Virus record (IMG/VR): IMGVR_UViG_3300016744_000005 | Span: 32,001-96,000 of that record | Direction: 5' to 3' (one strand) | DNA: 64,000 bases | Origin: a virus | Lineage: Duplodnaviria; Caudoviricetes | In this document: positions 8,873-18,542 of the stretch, in pieces | How positions within the stretch are numbered: position 1 is the first letter of the stretch | How the letters are laid out: each line of letters begins with the position of its first letter | Position numbers and translations under genes: made by a program | The notes under the pieces: model-generated | What the model was told of the DNA's origin: nothing | What the model saw: only the letters and a program-made list of their open reading frames with translations | Database searches by the model: none

Positions 8873-10969
8873 ATGGCTATTAAACGTAGAGATGACCTCT
8901 CCTGGGTAAGAGGTATGTTTGGTGGGATCCCACTGAACTCAAATCGGCGAAAAATCAGTACCCGTCAGAATACGGTATCTACGTTTAAGTTCGCAGATAC
9001 TACACTCGGTGGTAACCAAGCGATTAACGCTCCGTATCAATTTACCCGATTCGCTGATTTAAAATCTGAAGGCTTACTCGCAGTAAAATCCCTGCGTAGT
9101 CCATCACTGTCCACGAGCTTCTGGGAATCAGACTCCTCTGCAGGTAGTTATTGCATGGGTCGAGTCTACAGTGAAGTTATCGACGATAATGCCCAGTATT
9201 TACATTTACGTTTTGGTGTACCTAAATACACCGGGACGATAGCATTCTTTGCTAACATGTATGACGTGAATGCCGCTAAGCTCGCTAAAACGGGTAACTA
9301 TAGTAATTTCTTACGGGAAGTAGGTAAAGTCATTGGTTTGACTGCGATGTTTGTAGCAGTACCAATGCACGTGTTTTTCCCGATCCTCGCAGTATCGTGG
9401 ATACTCGGTGCAGTACTGGATATGAAACCATCCAAGTACTATTACCTGAAACCTACACCTAACTTGTACTGGCAATCAGTACAAGCGATCTTAGATACAC
9501 AGTTACTACATCACCGTTTAGTACCGATGTGGGATATGATTGGTTCTTCTAATCGGTATACTGACGTTACTGAGAAAGAGAACAAGCTGAACTCGACTAT
9601 GCGACAAGTGTATACGCTATTACCAGATATCTGGAAATCCGATGGTAAGTTTGACGTATACAAAATGATCAACCGCTACACGATCTTAGCTGGCTATCAG
9701 CAGCGTGTATTGAATGATATCTACGCCAACTCTACGGAGAAAGATTTCCAAGCGCGGTTACGTGGCTATATCCAGCAGGCTAAACATAGCCAGCAGATGA
9801 AAGATGCGGTATCGGATAAGGAGTTAAACCTAGAGGCCCTCGCTCGTAAGTATGAAAAGAATCCGTTCTATCAAACTACTGATGAAGAAGAAGCTGCTGA
9901 CTCTGCTGCTTGGCAAAAAGTGAATGATAAGTTCAACTCTGATCACGGGGTATCTGGTGATCAAGTCGCTAGTGAACAATCTCAATACGCGCAGGCCAAA
10001 TCTAATGAGCAGATTACTGCAGAGGCTAATGCCAAAGCAGAACAGACCACCGGTGGTTTCTGGAGTTCCTTTATCGGCGATGCAGCAGAGCAGTTTGTGT
10101 CTGAGTTATATGACGGCGATCAGTTCTTAACTTTCAAAGTAGACGCGAAAGAGACGATCGCTGATTCACTTACTAACTCTACTCGTGAACCTGAAATCTC
10201 TGCTAGTATGAACGGTATCTCCTCTAAAGCACGGTCATTCGATTTCTCTACCTCTAACGGGCATACCGGCTTCGATTTTGTCGATGGTTTAATCTCTGGT
10301 GTGAAAGATGTTATTGGTGGGACGATGGAAGCAGTGCATATGTCGGGACTCGCTGCGTTCTTTGGTGGTTCGATTGTCGATATCCCGGATGTATGGGATT
10401 CATCAGAGGCCTCTATAGGTACAGTGTCTTACACTATACCACTACGATGTCCATATGGTAACGACTTAAGTTTGTTCCAAGATATCATGGTACCGATATC
10501 ATGTATTATCGCAGCAGCTACTCCACTGGCTACTGGTAAACAAACTCATACCTCACCTTTCCTGGTGGAAGCGTACTCACGCGGCAGACAGATTACCCGG
10601 TTAGGGATTATCGACTCAGTCTCGATTACTCGTGGGGTAGGTAATATGGGTTGGCGTTCTGATGGTCGTATGCTAGGATGTGATGTGACTATCTCGATTA
10701 AAGATCTGTCACGGTATCTGACTATGCCGATTCTAAAAGATCCGGGTTGGTTTGATGATGCTAATAAGTACACTGACTATATGGCCACCCTCGGTGCTGC
10801 TGGTATTAATGAGTTGATCTATAACTCTTCCAAAGTGATATTGAACGTGAATAAGTGGAAACAGTCATGGAAATCATTTTTCATGTCTGGCCGTATTACG
10901 AATTCATTATCTGCTACTGGGTTATCACGCGCAGCTTCACTCTTTACTTCTGGTACTTTGTTACAGTAG
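8873..10969 (+). CDS. phiKZ gp182-like virion tail/baseplate protein
   Basis: 698 aa directly after the gp181-like gene; FADTTLGGNQAINAPYQFTRFAD and LGIIDSVSITRG motifs; TATG at 8856-8859 upstream. Confidence 0.7.
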   Translation: MAIKRRDDLSWVRGMFGGIPLNSNRRKISTRQNTVSTFKFADTTLGGNQAINAPYQFTRFADLKSEGLLAVKSLRSPSLSTSFWESDSSAGSYCMGRVYSEVIDDNAQYLHLRFGVPKYTGTIAFFANMYDVNAAKLAKTGNYSNFLREVGKVIGLTAMFVAVPMHVFFPILAVSWILGAVLDMKPSKYYYLKPTPNLYWQSVQAILDTQLLHHRLVPMWDMIGSSNRYTDVTEKENKLNSTMRQVYTLLPDIWKSDGKFDVYKMINRYTILAGYQQRVLNDIYANSTEKDFQARLRGYIQQAKHSQQMKDAVSDKELNLEALARKYEKNPFYQTTDEEEAADSAAWQKVNDKFNSDHGVSGDQVASEQSQYAQAKSNEQITAEANAKAEQTTGGFWSSFIGDAAEQFVSELYDGDQFLTFKVDAKETIADSLTNSTREPEISASMNGISSKARSFDFSTSNGHTGFDFVDGLISGVKDVIGGTMEAVHMSGLAAFFGGSIVDIPDVWDSSEASIGTVSYTIPLRCPYGNDLSLFQDIMVPISCIIAAATPLATGKQTHTSPFLVEAYSRGRQITRLGIIDSVSITRGVGNMGWRSDGRMLGCDVTISIKDLSRYLTMPILKDPGWFDDANKYTDYMATLGAAGINELIYNSSKVILNVNKWKQSWKSFFMSGRITNSLSATGLSRAASLFTSGTLLQ

Positions 10970-10973
10970 ACAC

Positions 10974-11022
10974 AAAAAAAAAACAGTACGCATGTACCCC
11001 TCGGGGTACATGCGCTGTTATG
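10974..11022. terminator. Bidirectional hairpin terminator between convergent genes
   Basis: cgcatgtacccc-tc-ggggtacatgcg at 10989-11014; A10 tract on the left (U-tract for minus strand); TTATG on the right. Confidence 0.8.
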
Positions 11023-11026
11023 TGTT

Positions 11027-11617
11027 TTACTGAGCAAAGAACTCTAACTCTTGTTGTAATCCATGTGAGAGTAGTTTACGTACTACGTCTAAGAATGGTT
11101 TACTGTAGTGGCGCTTTAATAAATCAGGGGCAATACCGCCTACTTCAGCACGGTAGTAGTTATCGCGTACATAGTCGGTATAGGTAGGGATTGAATCATA
11201 GTCTGGTATAAACCCGACTAATGCTCCACCGTTCTTATAGTGAATACGTACACCTGCTTTACCTGACGGTAACACCGCTTCCAGTGTCTGATCATTCCGC
11301 ATCGATTTGACGATCTCAGCGATATATTCAGCAGCGCGCAATACACGTAGTTCATCACGTAGTCGCGTAGTGTTTAACTGGATACGGGTAGCACGATAAT
11401 CTCTTAGATTAGTGACGGCGGACTTATTGTCTACGTGTCCTAAAGATTGTCGTAACTCAGCAGTTAGTGCATCGGCACGTGGACTACTCCAGCGTAGTGA
11501 TAAACATTGATCTATCAACTCCCGCGCAGTGTGATGACGTTCCAATACATCGAAATAACGTACGGATTGTTTTAGTGTCTTTCGATGATGGGGATTAGTT
11601 AAATGTTTGAATCCCAT
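11027..11617 (-). CDS. Hypothetical protein
   Basis: 196-aa ORF tightly packed in a minus-strand operon, RBS GGAG. Confidence 0.75.
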   Translation of the reverse strand: MGFKHLTNPHHRKTLKQSVRYFDVLERHHTARELIDQCLSLRWSSPRADALTAELRQSLGHVDNKSAVTNLRDYRATRIQLNTTRLRDELRVLRAAEYIAEIVKSMRNDQTLEAVLPSGKAGVRIHYKNGGALVGFIPDYDSIPTYTDYVRDNYYRAEVGGIAPDLLKRHYSKPFLDVVRKLLSHGLQQELEFFAQ

Positions 11618-11618
11618 A

Positions 11619-12158
11619 TTAAACTCCGTTAATACGCAGGTCGTTTAAGACCTCACTTAAATCGTTGTAGTGTGGTTTATGGTTGACTGTATTACCATAA
11701 ACGTAATAGTGTGTAAATGGCAGCGTAGATTCCAGAAATGTAATGACATGATTAGAGGTACGGATTTTGTATTTCAATGCCTCTATAAACCAGTCTAGTT
11801 TGATAATCGATGCTGTGTCATCAAACCATACTCCCTGTGTCATCAACTCCTGACGTAGTGTTCTACCTTGATGTTGGGCGTATTTACCATACAACTTACG
11901 CAGGTGTTCTAATTGATCGTGGTTAGCCGCTAACAATGCATCAGCTTGCGATGATTGATGTATTGCCAGTATACTTTTAATGTAGTGGTAATAACCTTCC
12001 AGTGATAAAAACTTACCATGGATAGTTTCAACTGGTGCATATGTAAAGTTAGATAAAAACTTACCTAACTCGGTTTTACCTTGCGAATAAATATTGATGT
12101 GAGTAATTCCATCGTCGGAGAGATTATAGTCGTTACCATCTATAGTAATTTTATTCAT
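11619..12158 (-). CDS. NADAR-family protein (T4 gp30.3-like)
   Basis: LSNF..P....G.F.SLEGYY..IK, L.G..AQ..GR and terminal VLN.LR match the T4 gp30.3/NADAR pattern. Confidence 0.65.
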   Translation of the reverse strand: MNKITIDGNDYNLSDDGITHINIYSQGKTELGKFLSNFTYAPVETIHGKFLSLEGYYHYIKSILAIHQSSQADALLAANHDQLEHLRKLYGKYAQHQGRTLRQELMTQGVWFDDTASIIKLDWFIEALKYKIRTSNHVITFLESTLPFTHYYVYGNTVNHKPHYNDLSEVLNDLRINGV

Positions 12159-13038
12159 CGTTATTATCCTTTATGCTACACAGACCATAATGGTATAATC
12201 GATCCATGTCATCGGTAAAATCTGGATTTGGTACCGGCGGTGTGATTTCAAAGGTCGGTGCGAATCTCTGTGCACGTAGATAGGTTAAACATGCCGTATA
12301 ATCCCCCTGTACGACATGCCACGGATGTTCGTGCTTAGTTGGGTAACTTAGTACTACATTAGCCACGGATTCGTCATAGGTGTGTCTCATGGCGTTTAAA
12401 GTACCAAACTCAGTTAAATCTATTAACGGACCCTGTCGACGTATTAACTGTGTTTTCGCTTTAGCCAGTATCATCGCAGATAAATCATTCTCTAACTGCA
12501 TATCTACTACGGGATCATTTACACGACGATCATCTTCCACACCTAACAGTATATGACTACCTAACTCTGTAGACATGAATTGAAGGAGGGCCTTTCGGTC
12601 CTCCTTCGTAGCTGCTACTGAGATTATCGTACTAACTGGCTCATCACCTTGGTAGAGATTACCTGATTGTAATTCCCACCCTGCCGTAACATCAGACAAA
12701 TTAACCACTAACCAACGCTGTAATAAATGCCGATGGCAGAACTCACCATGACCACAATAACAGCCGAGGATTAAATCAGTAGGCTGTAGTTTATCGAGGA
12801 TCTCAGTAAGCTTAGTTACTAGCTCTATTCGGTGTGACTCCAGCATCGCGATGTACTCCACCGTATAGTCTTCCGACGTTAGTTGCTTACGTTTATAAGC
12901 TTGGAGTAAATCCCAGGTAGGAGCTAGATAGTGTTGTGCAAATGGACCACCTGATTTACGCGTCACATCCAAGAACATGACACCTTTACCACGTGGTATT
13001 TGTTTACCCAATGATAAATGGGATGTGTGAATACGCAT
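12151..13038 (-). CDS. DUF488-like N-terminal domain plus unknown C-terminal domain
   Basis: LAPTWDLL..YK.....EDY...Y and L.CYC...FCHRHLL motifs. Confidence 0.65.
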   Translation of the reverse strand: MRIHTSHLSLGKQIPRGKGVMFLDVTRKSGGPFAQHYLAPTWDLLQAYKRKQLTSEDYTVEYIAMLESHRIELVTKLTEILDKLQPTDLILGCYCGHGEFCHRHLLQRWLVVNLSDVTAGWELQSGNLYQGDEPVSTIISVAATKEDRKALLQFMSTELGSHILLGVEDDRRVNDPVVDMQLENDLSAMILAKAKTQLIRRQGPLIDLTEFGTLNAMRHTYDESVANVVLSYPTKHEHPWHVVQGDYTACLTYLRAQRFAPTFEITPPVPNPDFTDDMDRLYHYGLCSIKDNNDE

Positions 13039-13047
13039 ATTCAGTCC

Positions 13048-13761
13048 TTATAGTTTAAAGGTAAAGCCGTTAGCAACACACCAGTCGTGCATTTCTACCG
13101 TACCGATAGGTTGTGCATCAGTGACAGGGAATTCCCACCAATTAACCGCCCCAGTATCAGCCAGATCATATTTACCTAGCAGCAATCCTACTAAGGTCTG
13201 TACTACCTGTGCATATGTGGACATATCACCGTATTGTAGAAAATCGATCTGATCATCTTCGGTAGTTTTCTTCAAACGATCAAAGGTAGTTTTATCACCT
13301 AATATCGTTAACATACGCAGCATTTTGATAATCACTGCTTGGGCATGTGCATCGTAACGTAGTGATTCTCTTACTGCAAAGCTGATCAGTTCAGTACGCA
13401 TTAACTCTTGGTTAGCACGCACTCGCTGCTGATGGATACCGATTTCTACAGTGACAGGATTCTTCAGATATTTCACCATGAAATCCATTAGTCCTGGCTG
13501 TACCACCATCTGGACTTTATCACTGACTGTGTAATCACAGTTAATATCGATCAATGCTGGCACATGATCAAAGTCGGGGTGATATTCTACAGTAAAACGT
13601 TTGCCGTCAAATACGGTTGGATAATCTGTACTATTTACTACCACAGTATCGGTACGTAGTTGATCAAAGACGATTGCAGTACCAGTAGCTTTACTACCCA
13701 TCGCTACTACTTGCATACCTTCTAAATACAATTCCAAATCATGTAATTTTAATTGCTGCAT
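13048..13761 (-). CDS. Hypothetical protein
   Basis: 237-aa ORF in operon. Confidence 0.75.
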   Translation of the reverse strand: MQQLKLHDLELYLEGMQVVAMGSKATGTAIVFDQLRTDTVVVNSTDYPTVFDGKRFTVEYHPDFDHVPALIDINCDYTVSDKVQMVVQPGLMDFMVKYLKNPVTVEIGIHQQRVRANQELMRTELISFAVRESLRYDAHAQAVIIKMLRMLTILGDKTTFDRLKKTTEDDQIDFLQYGDMSTYAQVVQTLVGLLLGKYDLADTGAVNWWEFPVTDAQPIGTVEMHDWCVANGFTFKL

Positions 13762-13763
13762 GT

Positions 13764-14756
13764 TTATAGGTCCGTTAAGTCAGGGAAACTTTCTTTTACT
13801 ACTGCACTGAGTTGTTGTTGTCGTACTGACTCAGCTGCACCAGCAGGTATATATTTAGTTGTGTGTGTTAACACCTCTCGCATACCAGCTGTGGCTTTGA
13901 TGTAATAGCGTAGACTTATTAACTCAGTCTCTGCTGTATCATGATCCCAATTAGGACTGATCCAGTTAAAGAACGCTAAGAACTCCGCCCCGATAATGTT
14001 ATATGCCCGTGTCTCACTAGCGCCGATTTGGTACGAAGCTACAAAGCTACCAATGATATCGTCCATGATCGCGTAGGTACGATCGTGACCCATCTTTTCA
14101 CACAATGATTTACAGCTAGTGAAATTACCATTCTTGGCAGCACGAATAGCCAACTCCTCTAACATCTCATTGAGATCATCGGAGTCTTGCATCTTCTTAA
14201 TGATATCGTCTACTAGGTCAACTAATCCCCAGTCAGTCGCTAACCCTAAGAAGTACCGTAAGCCTGCTGCTTCTGCATCTAAGTCAAATAGGGATAATAC
14301 ACCACTATCCCCAGCTAATGCATTTAAGACCCCTACGATCCCACTGGCGTTATCACTCTCATAACCTTTGATGGCGGACTCTATGCCGTTATACGCGACT
14401 TTGAGTCCTTTCATCCCAGTCATATCTTCTAACCCTTTAAACAGATCGTTTTTCGTACTGTTTGAAAGGTCACTAAGAGTGCCAGGGATGTTTAAGGATT
14501 TCTCGAGTCGGCGTTTTAACACCGACATATCGAGTTTATTACCAGTAGAGGTAGATTTGATCGCATCTTTCAATGCATCGGTAATCGTCTTTGGACTGAC
14601 GTTAGCGTCCGTTAAATACGACGTGGCGCTATCTAGCTCCACAGGATTTTCTTTATACGTGTTGGCTGCCGTTAGGACATCCTCACGATAGACATCTTTA
14701 GTTACCAGTGTGTCTTTCGGCCCACTGGTGTAGATGCCCGGTGTGATCATAGACAT
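13764..14756 (-). CDS. Probable virion structural protein (conserved in phiKZ-related phages)
   Basis: 330 aa; N-terminal SGPKDTLVTKDVY motif; position downstream of the gp182-like gene. Function inferred from remembered synteny. Confidence 0.55.
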   Translation of the reverse strand: MSMITPGIYTSGPKDTLVTKDVYREDVLTAANTYKENPVELDSATSYLTDANVSPKTITDALKDAIKSTSTGNKLDMSVLKRRLEKSLNIPGTLSDLSNSTKNDLFKGLEDMTGMKGLKVAYNGIESAIKGYESDNASGIVGVLNALAGDSGVLSLFDLDAEAAGLRYFLGLATDWGLVDLVDDIIKKMQDSDDLNEMLEELAIRAAKNGNFTSCKSLCEKMGHDRTYAIMDDIIGSFVASYQIGASETRAYNIIGAEFLAFFNWISPNWDHDTAETELISLRYYIKATAGMREVLTHTTKYIPAGAAESVRQQQLSAVVKESFPDLTDL

Positions 14757-15217
14757 TATTCATCACCCTCATCCAATATATTCAAACGCTGGTCATCCAT
14801 ATCAGCAGGTAACGAGGAGTCTTCAGTAGGTAGCTCTGTCAGCAGTGATTCAGCTGCCACAGTACGCTGTACCATATTAGGTCCTTGCCAGACGTCGATG
14901 GTGACACGGATACGCCGGATATCTACTGCTTTCAATCCCCGCAAAAACTGCAACCACGATGGATTACGTCCTGTCAGTGCACTGACAAGGTTGTTCCGAC
15001 ATTCGTTACGTCGGTTCGAAGTTTGTTCTGGGACGTTCAATGGATCTCTAACGTATTTATCAAACGTGTGATTCCAGCGAGCGTAGGTAAAGTTATACTG
15101 CGAGACGATCCCCCAGAACAACTTCCCTAACATCCCTTCTGATTTCTTCGCCTGTGCGATTGGATCTTCCAATGCGATTTGAATTTTCTTTTTGCTCATA
15201 TATACCTCGATACTCAA
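14756..15217 (-). CDS. Conserved jumbo-phage hypothetical protein
   Basis: G.L.KLF..I....W......Y.....P.N...R.NL..AL....SW..F.RGL pattern recalled from phiKZ-like phages. Confidence 0.65.
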   Translation of the reverse strand: MSIEVYMSKKKIQIALEDPIAQAKKSEGMLGKLFWGIVSQYNFTYARWNHTFDKYVRDPLNVPEQTSNRRNECRNNLVSALTGRNPSWLQFLRGLKAVDIRRIRVTIDVWQGPNMVQRTVAAESLLTELPTEDSSLPADMDDQRLNILDEGDE

Positions 15218-15229
15218 CAGTACCTGAAG

Positions 15230-15747
15230 TTATAATACGTTTATCAAACTGTCCAATGCGAAATTGATAGACTGATAAACCCGTTTTGGTTTGGTGATGT
15301 AGTATTCCGTAAAATCACGATTATAGTCAGCATTTAAATGTAATAAGATTTGATTTAATACGCACTCGAGTTCACGCACTAATATATCCAAATCCTGGTA
15401 CATTTCATTTTCATCTACTAACCACTCATCTAAACACCATTTACGACTCGTAGCCCGCATCCATTCGGGATAAGTCTCGTAGTATTTCTGATGACGATCT
15501 GTAGACGTGACCGCACTCGCAATCAAACGTAATTCTATTAACAGTAACCCAAAACTACTGGCCGAGGAGTTTACTTTTAAGCGTAAACGTTCCTGGGCAG
15601 TCAGTGTTCTTTCGAATCCTTGATAGCTGCCACTAACCCTAACATCGTGTCCAGGTCAGTCACTATCGGCATTCTATGAGTATCTGTGGCATTTGCATCA
15701 TCAACCGATTGCCATTTGTATAATATATTTCTAAACCAGTTTAGCAT
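15230..15747 (-). CDS. Hypothetical protein (~172 aa) broken by a one-base frameshift near 15605-15650
   Basis: RBS AGAGGA plus ATG 15747 (MLNWFRNILYKW...AAIK) continues in the -1 frame as GFERTLTAQERLRLKV...IASAVTSTDRH into ORF 15230..15526; total 518 nt = 3n-1. Confidence 0.6.
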
Positions 15748-15760
15748 AAAGGTGTCCTCT

Positions 15761-16201
15761 ATGACTACTAAAGCATTCCAAGATATGAACGCAGACGAGC
15801 GCATTGAGCTCACTCAACGCCTACGTCATGACGTGATTACCAAACTCACCACTGATGAAGCTGGTGCAGTAGCAATTCCCCTAGACAAAGATTCCCTGTA
15901 TTTAATCCGTGACTTTTTAGGTGATACCACCAAAATCGAATTGAACAAGAAACGCTTCGATTTGGATACCATGGTAGCTGAGAACGACGCTAAAGCAGCT
16001 GAGCTCCTCGAAACCGTAGTTAGCCAATTCACCTCACCTACTCGTGGTGGTCAGCGTACCGGTAGTGTCCCTAAACCAGACTTATCAATGATGCCTTCGT
16101 TTGAAGTATCTGACGGTGAGAAATCTGATGTTGGCGATACCGTGGATATCGACCAGATTAATGATACAGGGCGTACCCACTTTAAAGGTCCAACTCCTTA
16201 G
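15761..16201 (+). CDS. Hypothetical protein (start revised to MTTKAFQ)
   Basis: SD AAGGTG before ATG 15761; acidic C-terminus. Confidence 0.7.
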   Translation: MTTKAFQDMNADERIELTQRLRHDVITKLTTDEAGAVAIPLDKDSLYLIRDFLGDTTKIELNKKRFDLDTMVAENDAKAAELLETVVSQFTSPTRGGQRTGSVPKPDLSMMPSFEVSDGEKSDVGDTVDIDQINDTGRTHFKGPTP

Positions 16202-16895
16202 GGTCCAGCATACAGAACAGTTGCACGTCTAACGCTTCCATAGTGATAAAGGGTGCCATCGTCGCTTTGGCTGTAGTGAATGGATTGGATTTCTCGCGAA
16301 TAGCTTTGTCGATTAACTCTGGGTCTTCTGTATGGATGACCGCTGGATAATTAAACACTACCCGAGCTATTGGATGTTCACCTACTTCTGGATGTACTGT
16401 TAACCACCCAATTAAGTCCCGCGTAAATACCACCTCGTAGCTCTCTTTGATGAGCTGCGGGGTAAGGTCCTGTGTGCTTATTTCAGTAACAGAGACTTTG
16501 ACGCTATCTAAGAGTAATTCCCGTAGTACCGTCACCATCTCACGCTGAACCTCCTCAGAGAGATTATACGGGTAGGTATTGAGGATTAACTCTACTGGTT
16601 CAAACACTGGCGTAGTAACACCACGCATCGCTGCTACACCAACCACTTCCCGGATATTTACCATCAGTTCAGTAGAGACCGCATCATAGAGAATCGTCTC
16701 ATTCCGCCCCTGATATTTCTCCAACCACTCCTCTTTTGGTATATCCCACCGTTTCCAAAAGAAGTCATCCTTCCGTTTACGATAATCACCGATATCTTCT
16801 ACCGCGAACTTCTCTGGCCAATGTTGGGCTAATACTGCCATTGGTGTATCGATCAAACAATCTAACTCAACGAGAATTCTCTGCTTTACGGACAT
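16182..16895 (-). CDS. Conserved protein with HAD-like N-terminus (phiKZ gp147-like by synteny)
   Basis: ILVELDCLIDT motif; lies in the block ending in vRNAP beta-C. Confidence 0.6.
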   Translation of the reverse strand: MSVKQRILVELDCLIDTPMAVLAQHWPEKFAVEDIGDYRKRKDDFFWKRWDIPKEEWLEKYQGRNETILYDAVSTELMVNIREVVGVAAMRGVTTPVFEPVELILNTYPYNLSEEVQREMVTVLRELLLDSVKVSVTEISTQDLTPQLIKESYEVVFTRDLIGWLTVHPEVGEHPIARVVFNYPAVIHTEDPELIDKAIREKSNPFTTAKATMAPFITMEALDVQLFCMLDPKELDL

Positions 16896-17358
16896 TTAAG
16901 ATCACCTGTTCGTTAAATTGTACCACAACATCATACATTAGAAAGAATAACATCACTAATGGTGTATGTAGTGCTTGTGGATCAGCACGCTCTTTTATCC
17001 CTACTGGGATTTTTGGATCTTCCAGATAGCGTGTTACTGCAGTACACATCAATGTGACTAAATGATCATAGCCATTAGTCTCTAAGCCATCCATGTGCGT
17101 AGATAGTCCTACTACATAATCAAATAGCCAGAGGTTAATAAACTCTTCCAGTGCTAAATCTTCATCCATGATAGACTCAGCGATCTGGTCGTGGATATTC
17201 GCCATCAGTAATGTCAAAGGTTTATAGCAGAATCTACTAGAGAACATCTGATATAAACTAGCACCCTGTTTGGCACCTTCTTCAGTTAAACGCAGTCGAT
17301 CTACATCAGTAGTTAGACGTTTAAACAAATACGAATGTGCTTCTTTACGTAGATCCAT
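16867..17358 (-). CDS. Hypothetical protein (phiKZ gp148 position)
   Basis: 163-aa ORF between the gp147-like and gp149-like genes. Confidence 0.7.
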   Translation of the reverse strand: MDLRKEAHSYLFKRLTTDVDRLRLTEEGAKQGASLYQMFSSRFCYKPLTLLMANIHDQIAESIMDEDLALEEFINLWLFDYVVGLSTHMDGLETNGYDHLVTLMCTAVTRYLEDPKIPVGIKERADPQALHTPLVMLFFLMYDVVVQFNEQVILNVRKAENSR

Positions 17359-17375
17359 TTTCGTTAACCCTTATT

Positions 17376-18032
17376 TTATTTTAAACTATTACCCAGGTGC
17401 ATGGCAGTAAAGATCGCCCCAGTAGTTTTAGTTGATTTAACACGTGTGTTAGCACTACCTTCAAACTCTTGACTAGAGTGCCCAGTCTGACGAATCTGTC
17501 GGTCTACTACTTGAGCTGCTTTAGTATCACCACCACGAGTACGCATTAACTCTTTTAACGTCGCATCATACCCTTTCGCAAACATAACGTAGGTCTGTGG
17601 GAATGAGAAGCTACTACCCTTGGAATCACCTGTAGGTTGGCCAGTGAGTTTATCGATAGTGCGGTTGTGTTCAGCGATGGAGATCTTTTTATCGATCATC
17701 TGAGATTGTCGACGTACTGGTAACTCTAACAAGATATGCTCATACTTAGTTAATGAGCAAGCACCAGTTTTGGGATCAGTTAACCATAACTGCTGATAGA
17801 AATCATACCCTAACTCTTTACCGATAGCTACGTTCCGACTAGAGTCGATATCTACTGGTGAATTGTTAGGCGCATAAATCATTATCCGCTTTTCTATATG
17901 TTTAACCAGATCGGCATCACTAAGTGTTTTAAATATCTCTTGATACATCTTAGTATTCAGACCAGATGGATCGATCTTACCGACATACTGTAAAATGATA
18001 CCTTCGATCTCTTTACGTTGTTGAGGGGTCAT
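17376..18032 (-). CDS. Virion RNA polymerase beta C-terminal subunit (phiKZ gp149-like)
   Basis: RRQSQMIDKKISI...DKLTGQPTGDSKG...TLKELMRTRGGD parallels the RpoB C-terminal LVTQQP..G....TLQEMLT.KSDD. Confidence 0.88.
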   Translation of the reverse strand: MTPQQRKEIEGIILQYVGKIDPSGLNTKMYQEIFKTLSDADLVKHIEKRIMIYAPNNSPVDIDSSRNVAIGKELGYDFYQQLWLTDPKTGACSLTKYEHILLELPVRRQSQMIDKKISIAEHNRTIDKLTGQPTGDSKGSSFSFPQTYVMFAKGYDATLKELMRTRGGDTKAAQVVDRQIRQTGHSSQEFEGSANTRVKSTKTTGAIFTAMHLGNSLK

Positions 18033-18532
18033 GGTTTTGGTCCTATATATCTTCGAGTGACGAATCGGCCGTTTTGACGGGCGAGTTGATACATAGAATC
18101 TGAAAACTTAGATCCCGGTTGATTCAATAAGATCACTACATGCGCTTTTTCCACTAAGGCTAGATTACGTGCTTTTAAACTTAAGGCACCGTAGTCACCA
18201 TCAGTCTCATCTTGATTACAACTCATTACTACGCATTCAATTTTACTATTGCGGGCATAGCGCTGTACAACCGACTCTACCCCAGGTAGATTACCTGTTA
18301 AGATACGGAAGTTATCTCGTAGTTCAAAATAGCGTAAGATCGCTGATAAGTGCCGTGAGATCTGATGTGCGTTAGTACAGGTTTTATCTCCAGAGATTAA
18401 GATATTAACTTTATCCTTAGACTCCTCTGGAATATCCTGTAAGAACTGTCGAGCAGACTCTTCGATGGAGTGGCCAAACATTACCCCACTATCTAATGCA
18501 GTTTCGAGTTTCTCAAATATCATATTGGCCAT
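18029..18532 (-). CDS. SLOG-superfamily (YspA/DUF2493-like) protein; start revised
   Basis: ILISG.K....I...L..I, ILTG...GVE.....YA, YG......RN..LV..A..V.....GS.....M...A pattern; SD AAGGAG upstream of ATGATG 18535/18532. Confidence 0.65.
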   Translation of the reverse strand: MANMIFEKLETALDSGVMFGHSIEESARQFLQDIPEESKDKVNILISGDKTCTNAHQISRHLSAILRYFELRDNFRILTGNLPGVESVVQRYARNSKIECVVMSCNQDETDGDYGALSLKARNLALVEKAHVVILLNQPGSKFSDSMYQLARQNGRFVTRRYIGPKP

Positions 18533-18542
18533 CATAAACTCC

